DNA of 64,000 bases, taken from the NCBI GenBank assembly GCA_031394255.1, contig JANMXA010000046.1, forward strand, positions 6,753 to 70,752. The letters run 5' to 3'. Positions 23,348 through 32,310 of the stretch are shown piece by piece. Position numbers and translations under genes: made by a program. Each line of letters begins with the position of its first letter. Positions within the stretch are counted from its first letter, which is position 1. Origin of the DNA: Gemmatimonadota bacterium (lineage in GTDB: Bacteria > Gemmatimonadota > Gemmatimonadetes > Gemmatimonadales > GWC2-71-9). The notes beneath the pieces were generated by a model, which searched no databases, was not told where the DNA came from, and was given only the letters and a program-made list of their open reading frames with translations.

Positions 23348-24302
23348 CCAGGAATACCTTGGCCGCCCCAACCACCCCCGCGGTGCCGGGGAGGGCACCC
23401 GGCACGATCCGGCACGCCTGAACCGCCGGGCGGAAGGCCCGCCGGTTCACCTCGCGACGGAGCGGTGTGAACAGCCGGTCCCCGGCCTGAGTGACGCCGC
23501 CGCAGATAACCACGACCTCAGGGTTCAGGATGTTGATCAGGTTGGCCACCCCGACGCCGAGGTACTTGGCGGTGTCCTGAACCACTTCGAGCGCCAGTGG
23601 GTCGCCCGCCGCCGCGGCCTCATAGACGGTCTGGGCGGTGATGGCCGCCAGGTCGCCGCGCACGGCCTGCTGGATTGACGAATCCGCCCCGGCTTCGAGC
23701 GCTTCGATGGTTCGCCGGGCGATCGCGGGTCCCGAGGCATACGCCTCGAGGCATCCGTCGTTGCCGCAGCCGCAGCGGCGCCCGTTGGTTTCGATGGTGA
23801 TGTGGCCGATTTCCGCCGCGACGTCGGACGCTCCGTGCAGGAGTTTGCCGTCCACTACGATCCCCCCGCCGATGCCCGTGCCAAGGGTGAAGGTCACGGC
23901 ATGACGGGCGCCCTGGGCCGCCCCGACCCACCACTCGCCGGCCATGGCGCAATTGGCGTCGTTGTCGAGGGAGGCCGGCAAGGCCAGGCGCTCGCCGATG
24001 CGGTCGCGGACCGGCATGTTGACCCAGCCGAGGTTCGGCGTCAGGAGGACGATCCCGGCGGTTCGGTCGAGCGGTCCAGGCGATCCGATGCCAACACCAG
24101 TGATGTCGGCCTCGGCGTCCCCCTTCCGCGTCTCCGCCATGGTGGCCTCGGCCATCGTGATGATCCGGTCGATGACATGGTCGGCGCCGTGGACCGCGCC
24201 GGTCGGTTCGCTCCGGAGCCCGAGCACCCGCGTGCCATCCTCGGTGACCGCTCCGACGACCAGATTGGTACCGCCGATGTCTACTCCCAGTACGTATCGC
24301 AT
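23334..24302 (-). CDS. ROK family sugar kinase (glucokinase-like)
   Basis: GVDIGGT, DNDANC, TLGTGIGGG, EIGH, CGCGNDGCLEAY. Confidence 0.93.
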   Translation of the reverse strand: MRYVLGVDIGGTNLVVGAVTEDGTRVLGLRSEPTGAVHGADHVIDRIITMAEATMAETRKGDAEADITGVGIGSPGPLDRTAGIVLLTPNLGWVNMPVRDRIGERLALPASLDNDANCAMAGEWWVGAAQGARHAVTFTLGTGIGGGIVVDGKLLHGASDVAAEIGHITIETNGRRCGCGNDGCLEAYASGPAIARRTIEALEAGADSSIQQAVRGDLAAITAQTVYEAAAAGDPLALEVVQDTAKYLGVGVANLINILNPEVVVICGGVTQAGDRLFTPLRREVNRRAFRPAVQACRIVPGALPGTAGVVGAAKVFLDAHA

Positions 24303-24306
24303 CGTG

Positions 24307-25317
24307 TCATCCGATCAGTGCCTGGATCGTGTCCCGGACGGTCGTCGCTGGAATCTCGCGCATGCACCGGTGATGACCAAGCGGACACCGGGCCGGCCCG
24401 TGCGGCGAGCAGGGCCGGCATTTGAGGTCGGTTCGCTCGACGATGGCCGCCCGGCTCGCTCTCGGGCCGAAACCGAAGCGGGGTACGGTCGGCCCGAACA
24501 GGGCAACCGTCGGCGTATTCGTGGCGCTCGCCAGATGGAGCGGCGCCGAATCGTTGGTCACGAGCACGCGGGCTCGTTCGAGCAGGGCCGCGGAAACCCT
24601 GATCGGGATCGTCCCGGATGCATCGAACACCCGTTCCGGCGCGGCGTCCACCAGGGCTGCGGTGGCGGCCCGGTCGTCCGGTCCCCCGACGACGACCACG
24701 TGCCCGGGGACGAGCCGGACCAACTCGGCGAAGCCGCCCCACCGTTTGGTTCCCCAGATCGAGCCAGGGGCCATGGCCACGAATCCGTCACCGATCCCCC
24801 GGCTGGCGAGCCAGGCGTAGGCCTGGGCCCGGTCGTCTTCGGTGATCGCGAGGTGAATTCGGGCCCGCCCGCCCAGGTCAGCCAGGGCGAGCAGGCGGTC
24901 GGCCTCGTGAAGATCTTCCCGTCGTTCGACGCGGCGGGTGTAAAGCCACCGGCCCTCGGCCCCGGCAAAACCAATCCGTTCAGGAATGTGGGCGGCCCAG
25001 ACAATTGCGGCAGACCGCAGGGACCGGTGAGCAAGGTACGCCCGGGCATACCCCCGGGCGGCGAGGTGCTGAGCCAGTCGCCATGCGGGGCCGAGACCCC
25101 GGTCGCGGCGGTGTTTGTCGTAGCTCAAGACGCTCCGAACCGACGGCAGGGAGTCGACCAGCGGAATGGCTGCCGGCGTGACGACGACATCCACCGGCCC
25201 AAATCGCTCCGCCAGGACGTCGAGCAGCCCGGTCGTCAGCACGACGTCGCCGAGGAACGCGGTCTGGACAACCAGCGTGCCGCCTGCTGCGACTCCCTCG
25301 CCCGGGTTCCCCGTCAC
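24307..25317 (-). CDS. GT9 glycosyltransferase (LPS heptosyltransferase WaaF-like)
   Basis: QTAFLGDVVL, APGS.WGTKRW, VTNDSAPLHLA, LFGPT, C-terminal CRPC...C...C. Confidence 0.9.
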   Translation of the reverse strand: MTGNPGEGVAAGGTLVVQTAFLGDVVLTTGLLDVLAERFGPVDVVVTPAAIPLVDSLPSVRSVLSYDKHRRDRGLGPAWRLAQHLAARGYARAYLAHRSLRSAAIVWAAHIPERIGFAGAEGRWLYTRRVERREDLHEADRLLALADLGGRARIHLAITEDDRAQAYAWLASRGIGDGFVAMAPGSIWGTKRWGGFAELVRLVPGHVVVVGGPDDRAATAALVDAAPERVFDASGTIPIRVSAALLERARVLVTNDSAPLHLASATNTPTVALFGPTVPRFGFGPRASRAAIVERTDLKCRPCSPHGPARCPLGHHRCMREIPATTVRDTIQALIG

Positions 25318-25332
25318 GGTGCTGGCCGTCCG

Positions 25333-27138
25333 CTAGTCGCTGTCGACCTGAAGCACCGCAAGGAAGGCTTCCTGCGGGATTTCGACCTGCCCGATCTGCT
25401 TCATCCGCTTCTTGCCCTCCTTCTGCTTCTCGAGGAGCTTGCGTTTCCGGGTGATGTCGCCGCCGTAGCATTTGGCGAGGACGTCTTTCCGCATCGCCGA
25501 AATGGTTTCGCGCGCGATGATCTTCTGTCCGATGGCGGCCTGCAACGCGACCTGGAACAACTGGCGGGGGATCAGCTCCTTGAGCTTCTCCGCCACCTTG
25601 CGGCCCCAATCGTAGGCCTTGGCCTCGTGGATGATGACGCTGAAGGCGTCGATCTGTTCGCCGTTGATGAGCAGGTCGAGCTTCACCAGGTCGCTCTCCC
25701 GGTAGTCCGACATCTCGTAGTCGAGGGAGGCGTACCCCCGCGACAGCGACTTGAGGCGGTCGTAGAAGTCGAGGACAATCTCGCCGAGCGGGAATTCAAA
25801 ACTGAATTCCACCCGCGTCGGGTCGATGAAGTGCATGCCGTGATAGATGCCGCGACGGTCGGTCCCGAGTTTCATGATCGGGCCGATGTAGTCCGTGGGC
25901 GAGACAATCCGGGCCTTGACGTAAGGCTCTTCGATCCGGGCCCGAAGTCCGTCCTCGGGCAGGGTCGAGGGGTTTGCCACCACAACCATCTCGCCGCTGG
26001 TGAGATAGACGTGGTATTCGACCGTGGGAACCGTGGTGATCAGATCGAGATTGAATTCGCGCTCGAGCCGCTCCTGCACGATCTCCATGTGCAGGAGGCC
26101 GAGGAATCCGCACCGAAAACCGAATCCGAGCGCCAGCGACGACTCGGGCTCGTAGCGAAGACTCGCGTCGTTGACCTGCAGGCGTTCGAGCGCGTCCCGC
26201 AGGTCCTCGTACTGATCCGTGCTGGTTGGGTAGACGCCGGCGAACACCATCGATTTGACGTCGCGATACCCCGCCAGCAGGTCGGTCGCCGGGTTGCCGG
26301 AGTCCAGGATGGTGTCGCCGACCCGGGCGTCCCGGACCCCGCGCACGCTGGCGACCACGTATCCTACTTCGCCGGCCTCGAGCTGGTCGGCGCGGTGCTG
26401 CCCCATGGCGGGAAAGCCAACCTCGACGACTTCGTACTTGTCCGCCGGGTGGGAACCGAAGTGCACCATCATGCCCTTGCGGATCGTCCCGTCCACCACC
26501 CGGACCGTCGGGACGGCCCCGCGGTACCGGTCGTAGTACGAATCGAATACCAGCGCCCGAAACGGTCCATCCGGGTTGCCCCTGGGCACGGGGAGGCGAG
26601 CGATGATGGCCTCAAGCAGCTCGGGGACGCCGGTCCCTTCCTTGGCAGAAACGGCGAGGATCTGGTCCCGGGTCACGCCGAGAAGCTCCATCAGTTCGGC
26701 GGCCCGTTTCTCGGGCTCGGCCCCGGGAAGGTCGATCTTGTTGAGCACCGGGATGACTTCGAGGCCCGCCTCGAGTGCGAGAAACAGGTTCGACAGGGTC
26801 TGGGCCTGCACGCCCTGCGAGGCGTCGACCACGAGGATCGCGCCCTCGCACGCCGCCAGTGACCGCGACACCTCATAGGTGAAGTCGACGTGGCCCGGCG
26901 TGTCGATCAGGTTGAGTTCATAGTCCTGGCCGTCCCGTGCCCGATAGGACATCCGGCAGGCGTTGAGCTTGATCGTGATGCCTCGTTCCCGCTCGAGGTC
27001 CATGTTGTCGAGGACTTGCTCCTTCATCTGCCGCTTGGCCAGCGTCCCGGTGGCCTCGATCAGCCGATCGGCCAGAGTCGATTTGCCGTGGTCGATGTGG
27101 GCCACGATGCAGAAATTGCGGATGCGAGACTGCTTCAT
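25333..27138 (-). CDS. lepA: Elongation factor 4
   Basis: [60 protein letters not shown]. Confidence 0.98.
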   Translation of the reverse strand: MKQSRIRNFCIVAHIDHGKSTLADRLIEATGTLAKRQMKEQVLDNMDLERERGITIKLNACRMSYRARDGQDYELNLIDTPGHVDFTYEVSRSLAACEGAILVVDASQGVQAQTLSNLFLALEAGLEVIPVLNKIDLPGAEPEKRAAELMELLGVTRDQILAVSAKEGTGVPELLEAIIARLPVPRGNPDGPFRALVFDSYYDRYRGAVPTVRVVDGTIRKGMMVHFGSHPADKYEVVEVGFPAMGQHRADQLEAGEVGYVVASVRGVRDARVGDTILDSGNPATDLLAGYRDVKSMVFAGVYPTSTDQYEDLRDALERLQVNDASLRYEPESSLALGFGFRCGFLGLLHMEIVQERLEREFNLDLITTVPTVEYHVYLTSGEMVVVANPSTLPEDGLRARIEEPYVKARIVSPTDYIGPIMKLGTDRRGIYHGMHFIDPTRVEFSFEFPLGEIVLDFYDRLKSLSRGYASLDYEMSDYRESDLVKLDLLINGEQIDAFSVIIHEAKAYDWGRKVAEKLKELIPRQLFQVALQAAIGQKIIARETISAMRKDVLAKCYGGDITRKRKLLEKQKEGKKRMKQIGQVEIPQEAFLAVLQVDSD

Positions 27139-27209
27139 GGCGACGAATATAGTCGAGTCACCCGGTATTCCTTCCTCGCCGCTACGGGGGACTCGATTAG
27201 CTTTGCGCG

Positions 27210-28106
27210 ATGGCTGTCGGCCGCTCCCGCTTCTCCAAACACGATCTCGGCATGCTGGTGGTCTCCCTCATCTGGGGGGCCAATTTCAGCGCCAACAAGT
27301 ATGCGCTTGGTGTCATGCCCCCGTCGGTGTTCGCGGCGGTCCGGTTTGCGGCCGCCAGCGTCATGATGCTCGTCATTGTACGAGTCGTGAACCCGGGCCG
27401 GCCGATTCCCGCCCGGGAAAGCTGGCTGCTCATCGGCCTGGGCGTGATCGGCAATACCTGCTACCAGATCGCGTTCATGACCGGTCTGGTGACCACGACC
27501 GCCATCAATGCGTCGCTGATCCTGGCCGCGCTGCCGACGCTAGTGGCGGTCCTCGGGACCGTGCTGGGCGTCGAGCGATCGGGGCCGCGGGTGTGGTGGG
27601 GCATCGTCGTGGCCACGATTGGTGTCGGCGTCGTGATCGCCGTCAAGGGAATTCACTTTACCGTCGCGAGCCTTCGGGGCGACCTCCTCATCATGGTTGC
27701 CTGTGCCTGCTGGGCGATCTTTACCGTTGGCGTGCGCCAGGTCGGGCGGGGACGGGACCCGCTTCGAGTGACGGCGCTCACGGTCATTGGCGGGACCCCG
27801 GGGCTGCTGGTGGTGGCGGCCCACGACCTCCGGGCGATGGCCTGGGGTTCACTGTCGGGGGCAGCCTGGTTCGCGGTGACGTTTTCTACGGTATTCTCGA
27901 TCACGGTCGCCTACCTGATCTGGAGCTACGCGGTGCAGGGGATCGGCAGCAGCCGCACCGCGATCTACAATTGCGTCACGCCAATCTTTGCGGCGGCGAC
28001 GGCGGCCCTGGTGCTGGGTGAACGGGTCGTGCCGGCCCAGGGCATTGGCGCGGCGCTGGTCTTTGTCGGCGTGTTTCTGAGTCAGAGCGGCCGAGCGGCC
28101 CAGTGA
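27210..28106 (+). CDS. EamA/DMT family transporter (tandem copy 1)
   Basis: [24 protein letters not shown]...LGE. Confidence 0.88.
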   Translation: MAVGRSRFSKHDLGMLVVSLIWGANFSANKYALGVMPPSVFAAVRFAAASVMMLVIVRVVNPGRPIPARESWLLIGLGVIGNTCYQIAFMTGLVTTTAINASLILAALPTLVAVLGTVLGVERSGPRVWWGIVVATIGVGVVIAVKGIHFTVASLRGDLLIMVACACWAIFTVGVRQVGRGRDPLRVTALTVIGGTPGLLVVAAHDLRAMAWGSLSGAAWFAVTFSTVFSITVAYLIWSYAVQGIGSSRTAIYNCVTPIFAAATAALVLGERVVPAQGIGAALVFVGVFLSQSGRAAQ

Positions 28107-29005
28107 AGTCGGGATCGCGGCGGTTCGGCTGGCACGACTTCAACCTGGTAATCGTCTCGCTCATCTGGGGCGGCAACTACAGCACCACCAAACTGGCGCT
28201 CGCCCACATCGATCCGCTGGTGATGGGGGCGCTGCGGTTCTCGCTCAGCACGACGCTGCTCTGGGTCCTGGTCGGCGTCCTTCGCCAATACGGCCCGATT
28301 CCCCGCGCGACTGTCTGGCGTCTGCTCGGCTGGGGGGTCGTCGGCCACACGCTGAACCAGTTCGCCTTCCTTTCCGGCCTCAAACTCACCACGGCAACCA
28401 ACAGCGCCTTGATCTTCGGGAACCTGCCGGTGGTCGTGGCGCTGCTTGGTCTGATGCTCGGGCACGAACGGCCCAAACCGCGGGTCTGGCTCGGGATCGG
28501 CCTGGGGACGATTGGCGTGATGGTGGTCGTCGGAGCGAAGGGACTGCACTTCGGCACCGAGACGCTTCGGGGGGACGGATTGAGCGTCCTGGCTCTGCTG
28601 TTCTGGGCCCTGTTCACCGTTGGCGTGCGCCGGGCCTCGCTCGGTCTCAATTCGGCCCAGGTCGCGGCGATCACCCACCTGGGAGGGACGCCGGGGTTTC
28701 TGCTGGCGGCCGCACCGCGTCTGGTCCATCTCGACCCCACGACGATTCACCCGGCGGTCTGGTTCGGGCTGTTCTACTCGTCGGTCTTTTCGTCGGTCTT
28801 TGCGTCGGTGCTCTGGACCCGGAGTCTCAAGGCGCTGGGCGGGAGCCGAACGGCGCTCTACAACTGCATCACGCCGCTGTTCGCGGGGCTCACGGCCTGG
28901 GCCCTGTTAGGCGAACGCCCGGTCCCCGTGCAGGGACTGGGCGCGATCCTGGTGATCGTCGGCGTTCTCGTCAGCCGGGCCCCGGCGGAAGAGGTCGAAG
29001 GCTAG
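28103..29005 (+). CDS. EamA/DMT family transporter (tandem copy 2)
   Basis: LIWGGNY, RF, GDGL, SRTALYNCITP...LGE; GTGA overlap with copy 1. Confidence 0.88.
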   Translation: MKSGSRRFGWHDFNLVIVSLIWGGNYSTTKLALAHIDPLVMGALRFSLSTTLLWVLVGVLRQYGPIPRATVWRLLGWGVVGHTLNQFAFLSGLKLTTATNSALIFGNLPVVVALLGLMLGHERPKPRVWLGIGLGTIGVMVVVGAKGLHFGTETLRGDGLSVLALLFWALFTVGVRRASLGLNSAQVAAITHLGGTPGFLLAAAPRLVHLDPTTIHPAVWFGLFYSSVFSSVFASVLWTRSLKALGGSRTALYNCITPLFAGLTAWALLGERPVPVQGLGAILVIVGVLVSRAPAEEVEG

Positions 29006-29364
29006 GTCCCGCCGGCCGCCCGGACTTCCTCCAGCCGGGCGACCGCCCGGCGGAGGTGGGGGATCACGATCGATCCCCCGACGACCAGCCCGATCGAAAA
29101 CACCTCATGCATCTCGGCGTCGGTCACCCCTTCTTCGGCGCAACGGACGACGTGGTAGGTGATGCAGTCGTCGCAGCGGAGAACCAGCGATGCGACCAGG
29201 CCGAGCATCTCCTTGGTCTTCACACCGAGCACGCCGCCTTCGTAGGCCCGGGTGTCCAAGTTGAAGAAACGGTTGGTCGTCAGATTGCCGGCCGCGAAGA
29301 TCTTCTCGTTCATCGCGGCCCGAAAGGTGTTGAACTCGTCGAGGGTCTCGTGGCTGTGGGCCAT
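29002..29364 (-). CDS. Carboxymuconolactone decarboxylase/AhpD-like protein
   Basis: KTKEMLGLVASLVLRCDDCITYH (CxxC), VGGSIVIPHLR. Confidence 0.85.
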   Translation of the reverse strand: MAHSHETLDEFNTFRAAMNEKIFAAGNLTTNRFFNLDTRAYEGGVLGVKTKEMLGLVASLVLRCDDCITYHVVRCAEEGVTDAEMHEVFSIGLVVGGSIVIPHLRRAVARLEEVRAAGGT

Positions 29365-29365
29365 G

Positions 29366-30910
29366 TCAGGGCACCTGGTTTTCCTTCGAGACGATCTTCT
29401 TGTAGCTCTCCGGGTTCCAGCTGGGCCGGCCGGCGGCGTTCGCCACTTCCTGCCCGAGGTAGAAGACGAGCCGGAGAATCCGGGCTTCCTTTTCGGCGTC
29501 GATCTTGTCGGGCGAATCGGTCACCGCGTGGTAGTCCGCGTGGAGCCCGCTGGTGAAGAACAGGACCGGGATGCCCTTCCGGGCGAAGTTGTAGTGATCG
29601 GAGCGGAAGTAGAGGTTCTCCTGGGGCCACAAGTCGTCCACGATCCTGATGCCGAGGTCCGGATGCTCGACGGTCACCCGGTTGGCCGTGGCGCCGAGGT
29701 CGGAGTGCTCCTTCCCGATCGCGACGACGGTGTCTTTCCAGTTGCGACCGATCATGTCCATGTTGAGATCGGCCACCACCGACCGCGTTTCCACCGGCAT
29801 ATGGCCGGCAAAATAGGCGCTGCCCCAGAGTCCCTTCTCCTCGCCGCTCACGGTGACGAAGATGACCGACCGCTTGGGCCGGGCGAGCATGAACGCTTCG
29901 GCCAGCCCGACCACGCCCACCGTGCCGGATCCGTCATCGTCGGCGCCGTTGCAGATGCGGTCGGCCGGGGTCGAGCCGCTGCAGGCCCCGCCGACATGGT
30001 CCATGTGGGCGGATACCACCAGGTACTCGTTCTTGAGGACCGGATCGGTACCCTCGAGGATTCCGACAGTGTTCGGAGCCATCACGGATTTGCCCTCACC
30101 CATTTTCCCGATCGCATCGACTCGCCAGCCGGGGAGCGCGGTGACGGTGGTCGTTGCCGCACCCCGCGCCGTCGCGATCGCGGCGGCGAGTTCCGGCATG
30201 CCGTCGGCAAGCCGCCGCTCGGCGGTGAGGCCGAAGAATCGGCCGCCGCTTCCGTTCGAGGCCCGCGGTGGACCGAGACGGACCTGGGGCCCCCGCGGCA
30301 TGCCAAGGCCCATCATGCCGGCCATGGAGTCGCTGTTGACGGGCAGCAAGACCCCGCGGGCCCCGCGGCCAACCACCGCGACAGCGGCAGCCTGGAGGCC
30401 CGGGGCCATTCCATGGCTCCAGTCGAAAACCAGCAACGCGATTTTATCGCGGATCAGGTCGGTGGCCAGCTTGGCGGTGTCGAGCGAGGCGCCGGCGGCG
30501 ATCACGACCAGATCGCTGGTCGAGAGGGCTCGCGGTGCCGTTCCCTGGATCATCACATCGGCGCCGAGCTGCAGCTTGAGCAGCTTGCCGGCGGGTGATG
30601 TGAACTGAAAGAATGACGAGTCGGGGTCGGGGGAGGTCAGGTTCACTTCATACCGCTGGATGTAGGCGCCCAGGTCCCCGGCGGGTTTGAGTCCGATCCG
30701 CTTGAATTCGCCCGCCACCCAGGCGGCCGTCTTGTCGAGACCGTCGCTCGGTGTGTCCCGGCCACCCATTGAGTCGTGGGCGATGATCTCGATCCGCCGA
30801 CGGACATCGGCCTCGGTGATGGTGCCCACTGCCTTCTTGATGGCCGCGGTCTGTGCCGATGCCGTGACCGGTGCCAACAATGCCAGTACCGCCAACCGCT
30901 GACGTATCAC
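29366..30910 (-). CDS. Secreted M28 family metallopeptidase with PA-like insert
   Basis: Signal peptide; SAHMDH, NGADDDGSG, GEEKGL, NMDMIGR, RSDH, DYH. Confidence 0.92.
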   Translation of the reverse strand: MIRQRLAVLALLAPVTASAQTAAIKKAVGTITEADVRRRIEIIAHDSMGGRDTPSDGLDKTAAWVAGEFKRIGLKPAGDLGAYIQRYEVNLTSPDPDSSFFQFTSPAGKLLKLQLGADVMIQGTAPRALSTSDLVVIAAGASLDTAKLATDLIRDKIALLVFDWSHGMAPGLQAAAVAVVGRGARGVLLPVNSDSMAGMMGLGMPRGPQVRLGPPRASNGSGGRFFGLTAERRLADGMPELAAAIATARGAATTTVTALPGWRVDAIGKMGEGKSVMAPNTVGILEGTDPVLKNEYLVVSAHMDHVGGACSGSTPADRICNGADDDGSGTVGVVGLAEAFMLARPKRSVIFVTVSGEEKGLWGSAYFAGHMPVETRSVVADLNMDMIGRNWKDTVVAIGKEHSDLGATANRVTVEHPDLGIRIVDDLWPQENLYFRSDHYNFARKGIPVLFFTSGLHADYHAVTDSPDKIDAEKEARILRLVFYLGQEVANAAGRPSWNPESYKKIVSKENQVP

Positions 30911-30933
30911 CGATGCCTCCTCAAAACGAGTGA

Positions 30934-30958
30934 CCCCCGCCGGAAGTGCCGACGGGGG
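30934..30958 (-). terminator. GC-rich hairpin between the small Pro-rich gene and the M28 gene
   Basis: CCCCCGCCGG-AAGTG-CCGACGGGGG inverted repeat; weak U-tract. Confidence 0.35.
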
Positions 30959-30985
30959 CGATTGCCTATGGCCTGCGATTGAAAG

Positions 30986-31198
30986 CTAACGACCAGGGGG
31001 CGGCGCGGGAGCCGGTGACGGCGGCGGTCGGCGGCGTTTGAGCTGGGGCTCGGGTGGTGGTTTGGGTTTGGGGCGGGGCGGCCCCTGCTGCTGGATTGCG
31101 GTTGAGGCCGCCAACGCTACCGGCAATGCCTTGGGGGAGAAAGCACCACCGAGTAGCGTGACGAACCCCACTGCTGTAACGACCTGCCCCATTTTCAC
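30986..31198 (-). CDS. Small secreted Pro/Lys/Arg-rich hypothetical protein
   Basis: Hydrophobic N-terminus ending ALA, then QQQGPPRPKPKPPPEPQLKRRRPPP; fills the intergenic gap; sigma54-like motif upstream. Confidence 0.55.
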   Translation of the reverse strand: MKMGQVVTAVGFVTLLGGAFSPKALPVALAASTAIQQQGPPRPKPKPPPEPQLKRRRPPPSPAPAPPPGR

Positions 31199-31230
31199 GG
31201 CCTGGTTCCATCCTCTCGGGACAGAGACTT

Positions 31231-31246
31231 AGCAGGGCCCATGCCA
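31231..31246 (-). promoter_or_regulatory. Candidate sigma54 (-24/-12) promoter
   Basis: Minus strand TGGCATGGGCCCTGCT = GG-N10-GC. Confidence 0.55.
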
Positions 31247-31352
31247 TCAACGGCCCATTCGGTAACTCATTCCCTCCGAGACGGATAGCCACGCCGAGCT
31301 CGGGATCGGTTCCCCACCTGCGTCCCCGTTGGGGGACAGGGGTGACCTCGCG

Positions 31353-31382
31353 TTGACTTTTGAGCCTCCGGCCCCGTACGTT
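31353..31382 (+). promoter_or_regulatory. Candidate sigma70 promoter of the DUF58-mfd-surA-pdxA run
   Basis: TTGACT-N18-TACGTT, 9 nt before ATG 31392. Confidence 0.5.
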
Positions 31383-31391
31383 CGGCCCCTT

Positions 31392-32309
31392 ATGGTATCG
31401 GCCCGTCCCCGGGAACGTCTTGACCTGCTCGATCCGGCCGAAGTGGCCCGGTTGGGCGGGATTGAAGTGTTGACCTCCGGAGTCGTCGAGGGTTTTCTCA
31501 CCGGATTGCACCGGTCCCCCCGACGGGGGTTCTCGGTCGAATTCGCCGAGCACCGGGCCTATCAGCCCGGCGACGAGTTGCGGTACGTCGACTGGAAGAT
31601 CCTCGCTCGGAACGACCGGCTGTACGTCAAGCAATTCGAGGAAGAAACCAACCTTCGGGCCATGGTGGTCCTCGATGCCAGCAAGTCGATGGGCTGGTCG
31701 GGTGCGCCCGGCGCCCGCCTGAGCAAGCTCGAATACGCCAAGCGCCTGGTTGCGGCCATGACGCTGGTTCTGCTCCGGCAGCGGGATGCCACGGGGCTGA
31801 TCACGTTCGATGACGTTGTGCGGTCAGTGACTCCCCCCCGGGCGCGGATGGGCCACTGGCACCAGTTGCTGTCGGTGATTCACGGGACGGAACCGGGGAC
31901 CCAGACCGCGGCTGAACCGGCCCTGCGGCGGGTGATGGACCAACTGCGCCGACGGGGCCTGGTCGTGTTCGTGTCCGACCTGCTGCTCGACCGTGAGCTG
32001 GCGATCAAGGCGCTTCGGTTTCTGCGCCATCGTGGGCACCAAGTCCTGGTGCTGCACATCATGGACCCGGCGGAGCTTGCCCTGGAGGGGCCAGCCGAAG
32101 CGCGTTTTGAGGATCCCGAGACCGGCCAGCACGTCACGTTGCGCCCGGCCGATTGGGCCGGCCTCTATGCCCAGACCGTCGAGAATGCCATCCTCGACTG
32201 GCGGATGGCTTGCCGCCGCCACGGGATGGCCTACGAGCGAGTGACCACCGATACGCCGTTCGGCCTTGCCCTCCGGCAGGCGCTGGTTCGTTCGACCCAC
32301 GTGGCGTGA
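31392..32309 (+). CDS. DUF58 domain protein (MoxR-associated)
   Basis: GLHRSPRRGFSVEFAEHRAYQPGD, VDWK, VKQFEEETN, LDASKSM, VSD. Confidence 0.92.
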   Translation: MVSARPRERLDLLDPAEVARLGGIEVLTSGVVEGFLTGLHRSPRRGFSVEFAEHRAYQPGDELRYVDWKILARNDRLYVKQFEEETNLRAMVVLDASKSMGWSGAPGARLSKLEYAKRLVAAMTLVLLRQRDATGLITFDDVVRSVTPPRARMGHWHQLLSVIHGTEPGTQTAAEPALRRVMDQLRRRGLVVFVSDLLLDRELAIKALRFLRHRGHQVLVLHIMDPAELALEGPAEARFEDPETGQHVTLRPADWAGLYAQTVENAILDWRMACRRHGMAYERVTTDTPFGLALRQALVRSTHVA

Positions 32310-32310
32310 G

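Noticed and set aside
23944..26862. 972-aa plus-strand ORF
   Set aside because: Antisense shadow of lepA, the GT9 gene and the ROK gene; no motifs; expected in high-GC DNA
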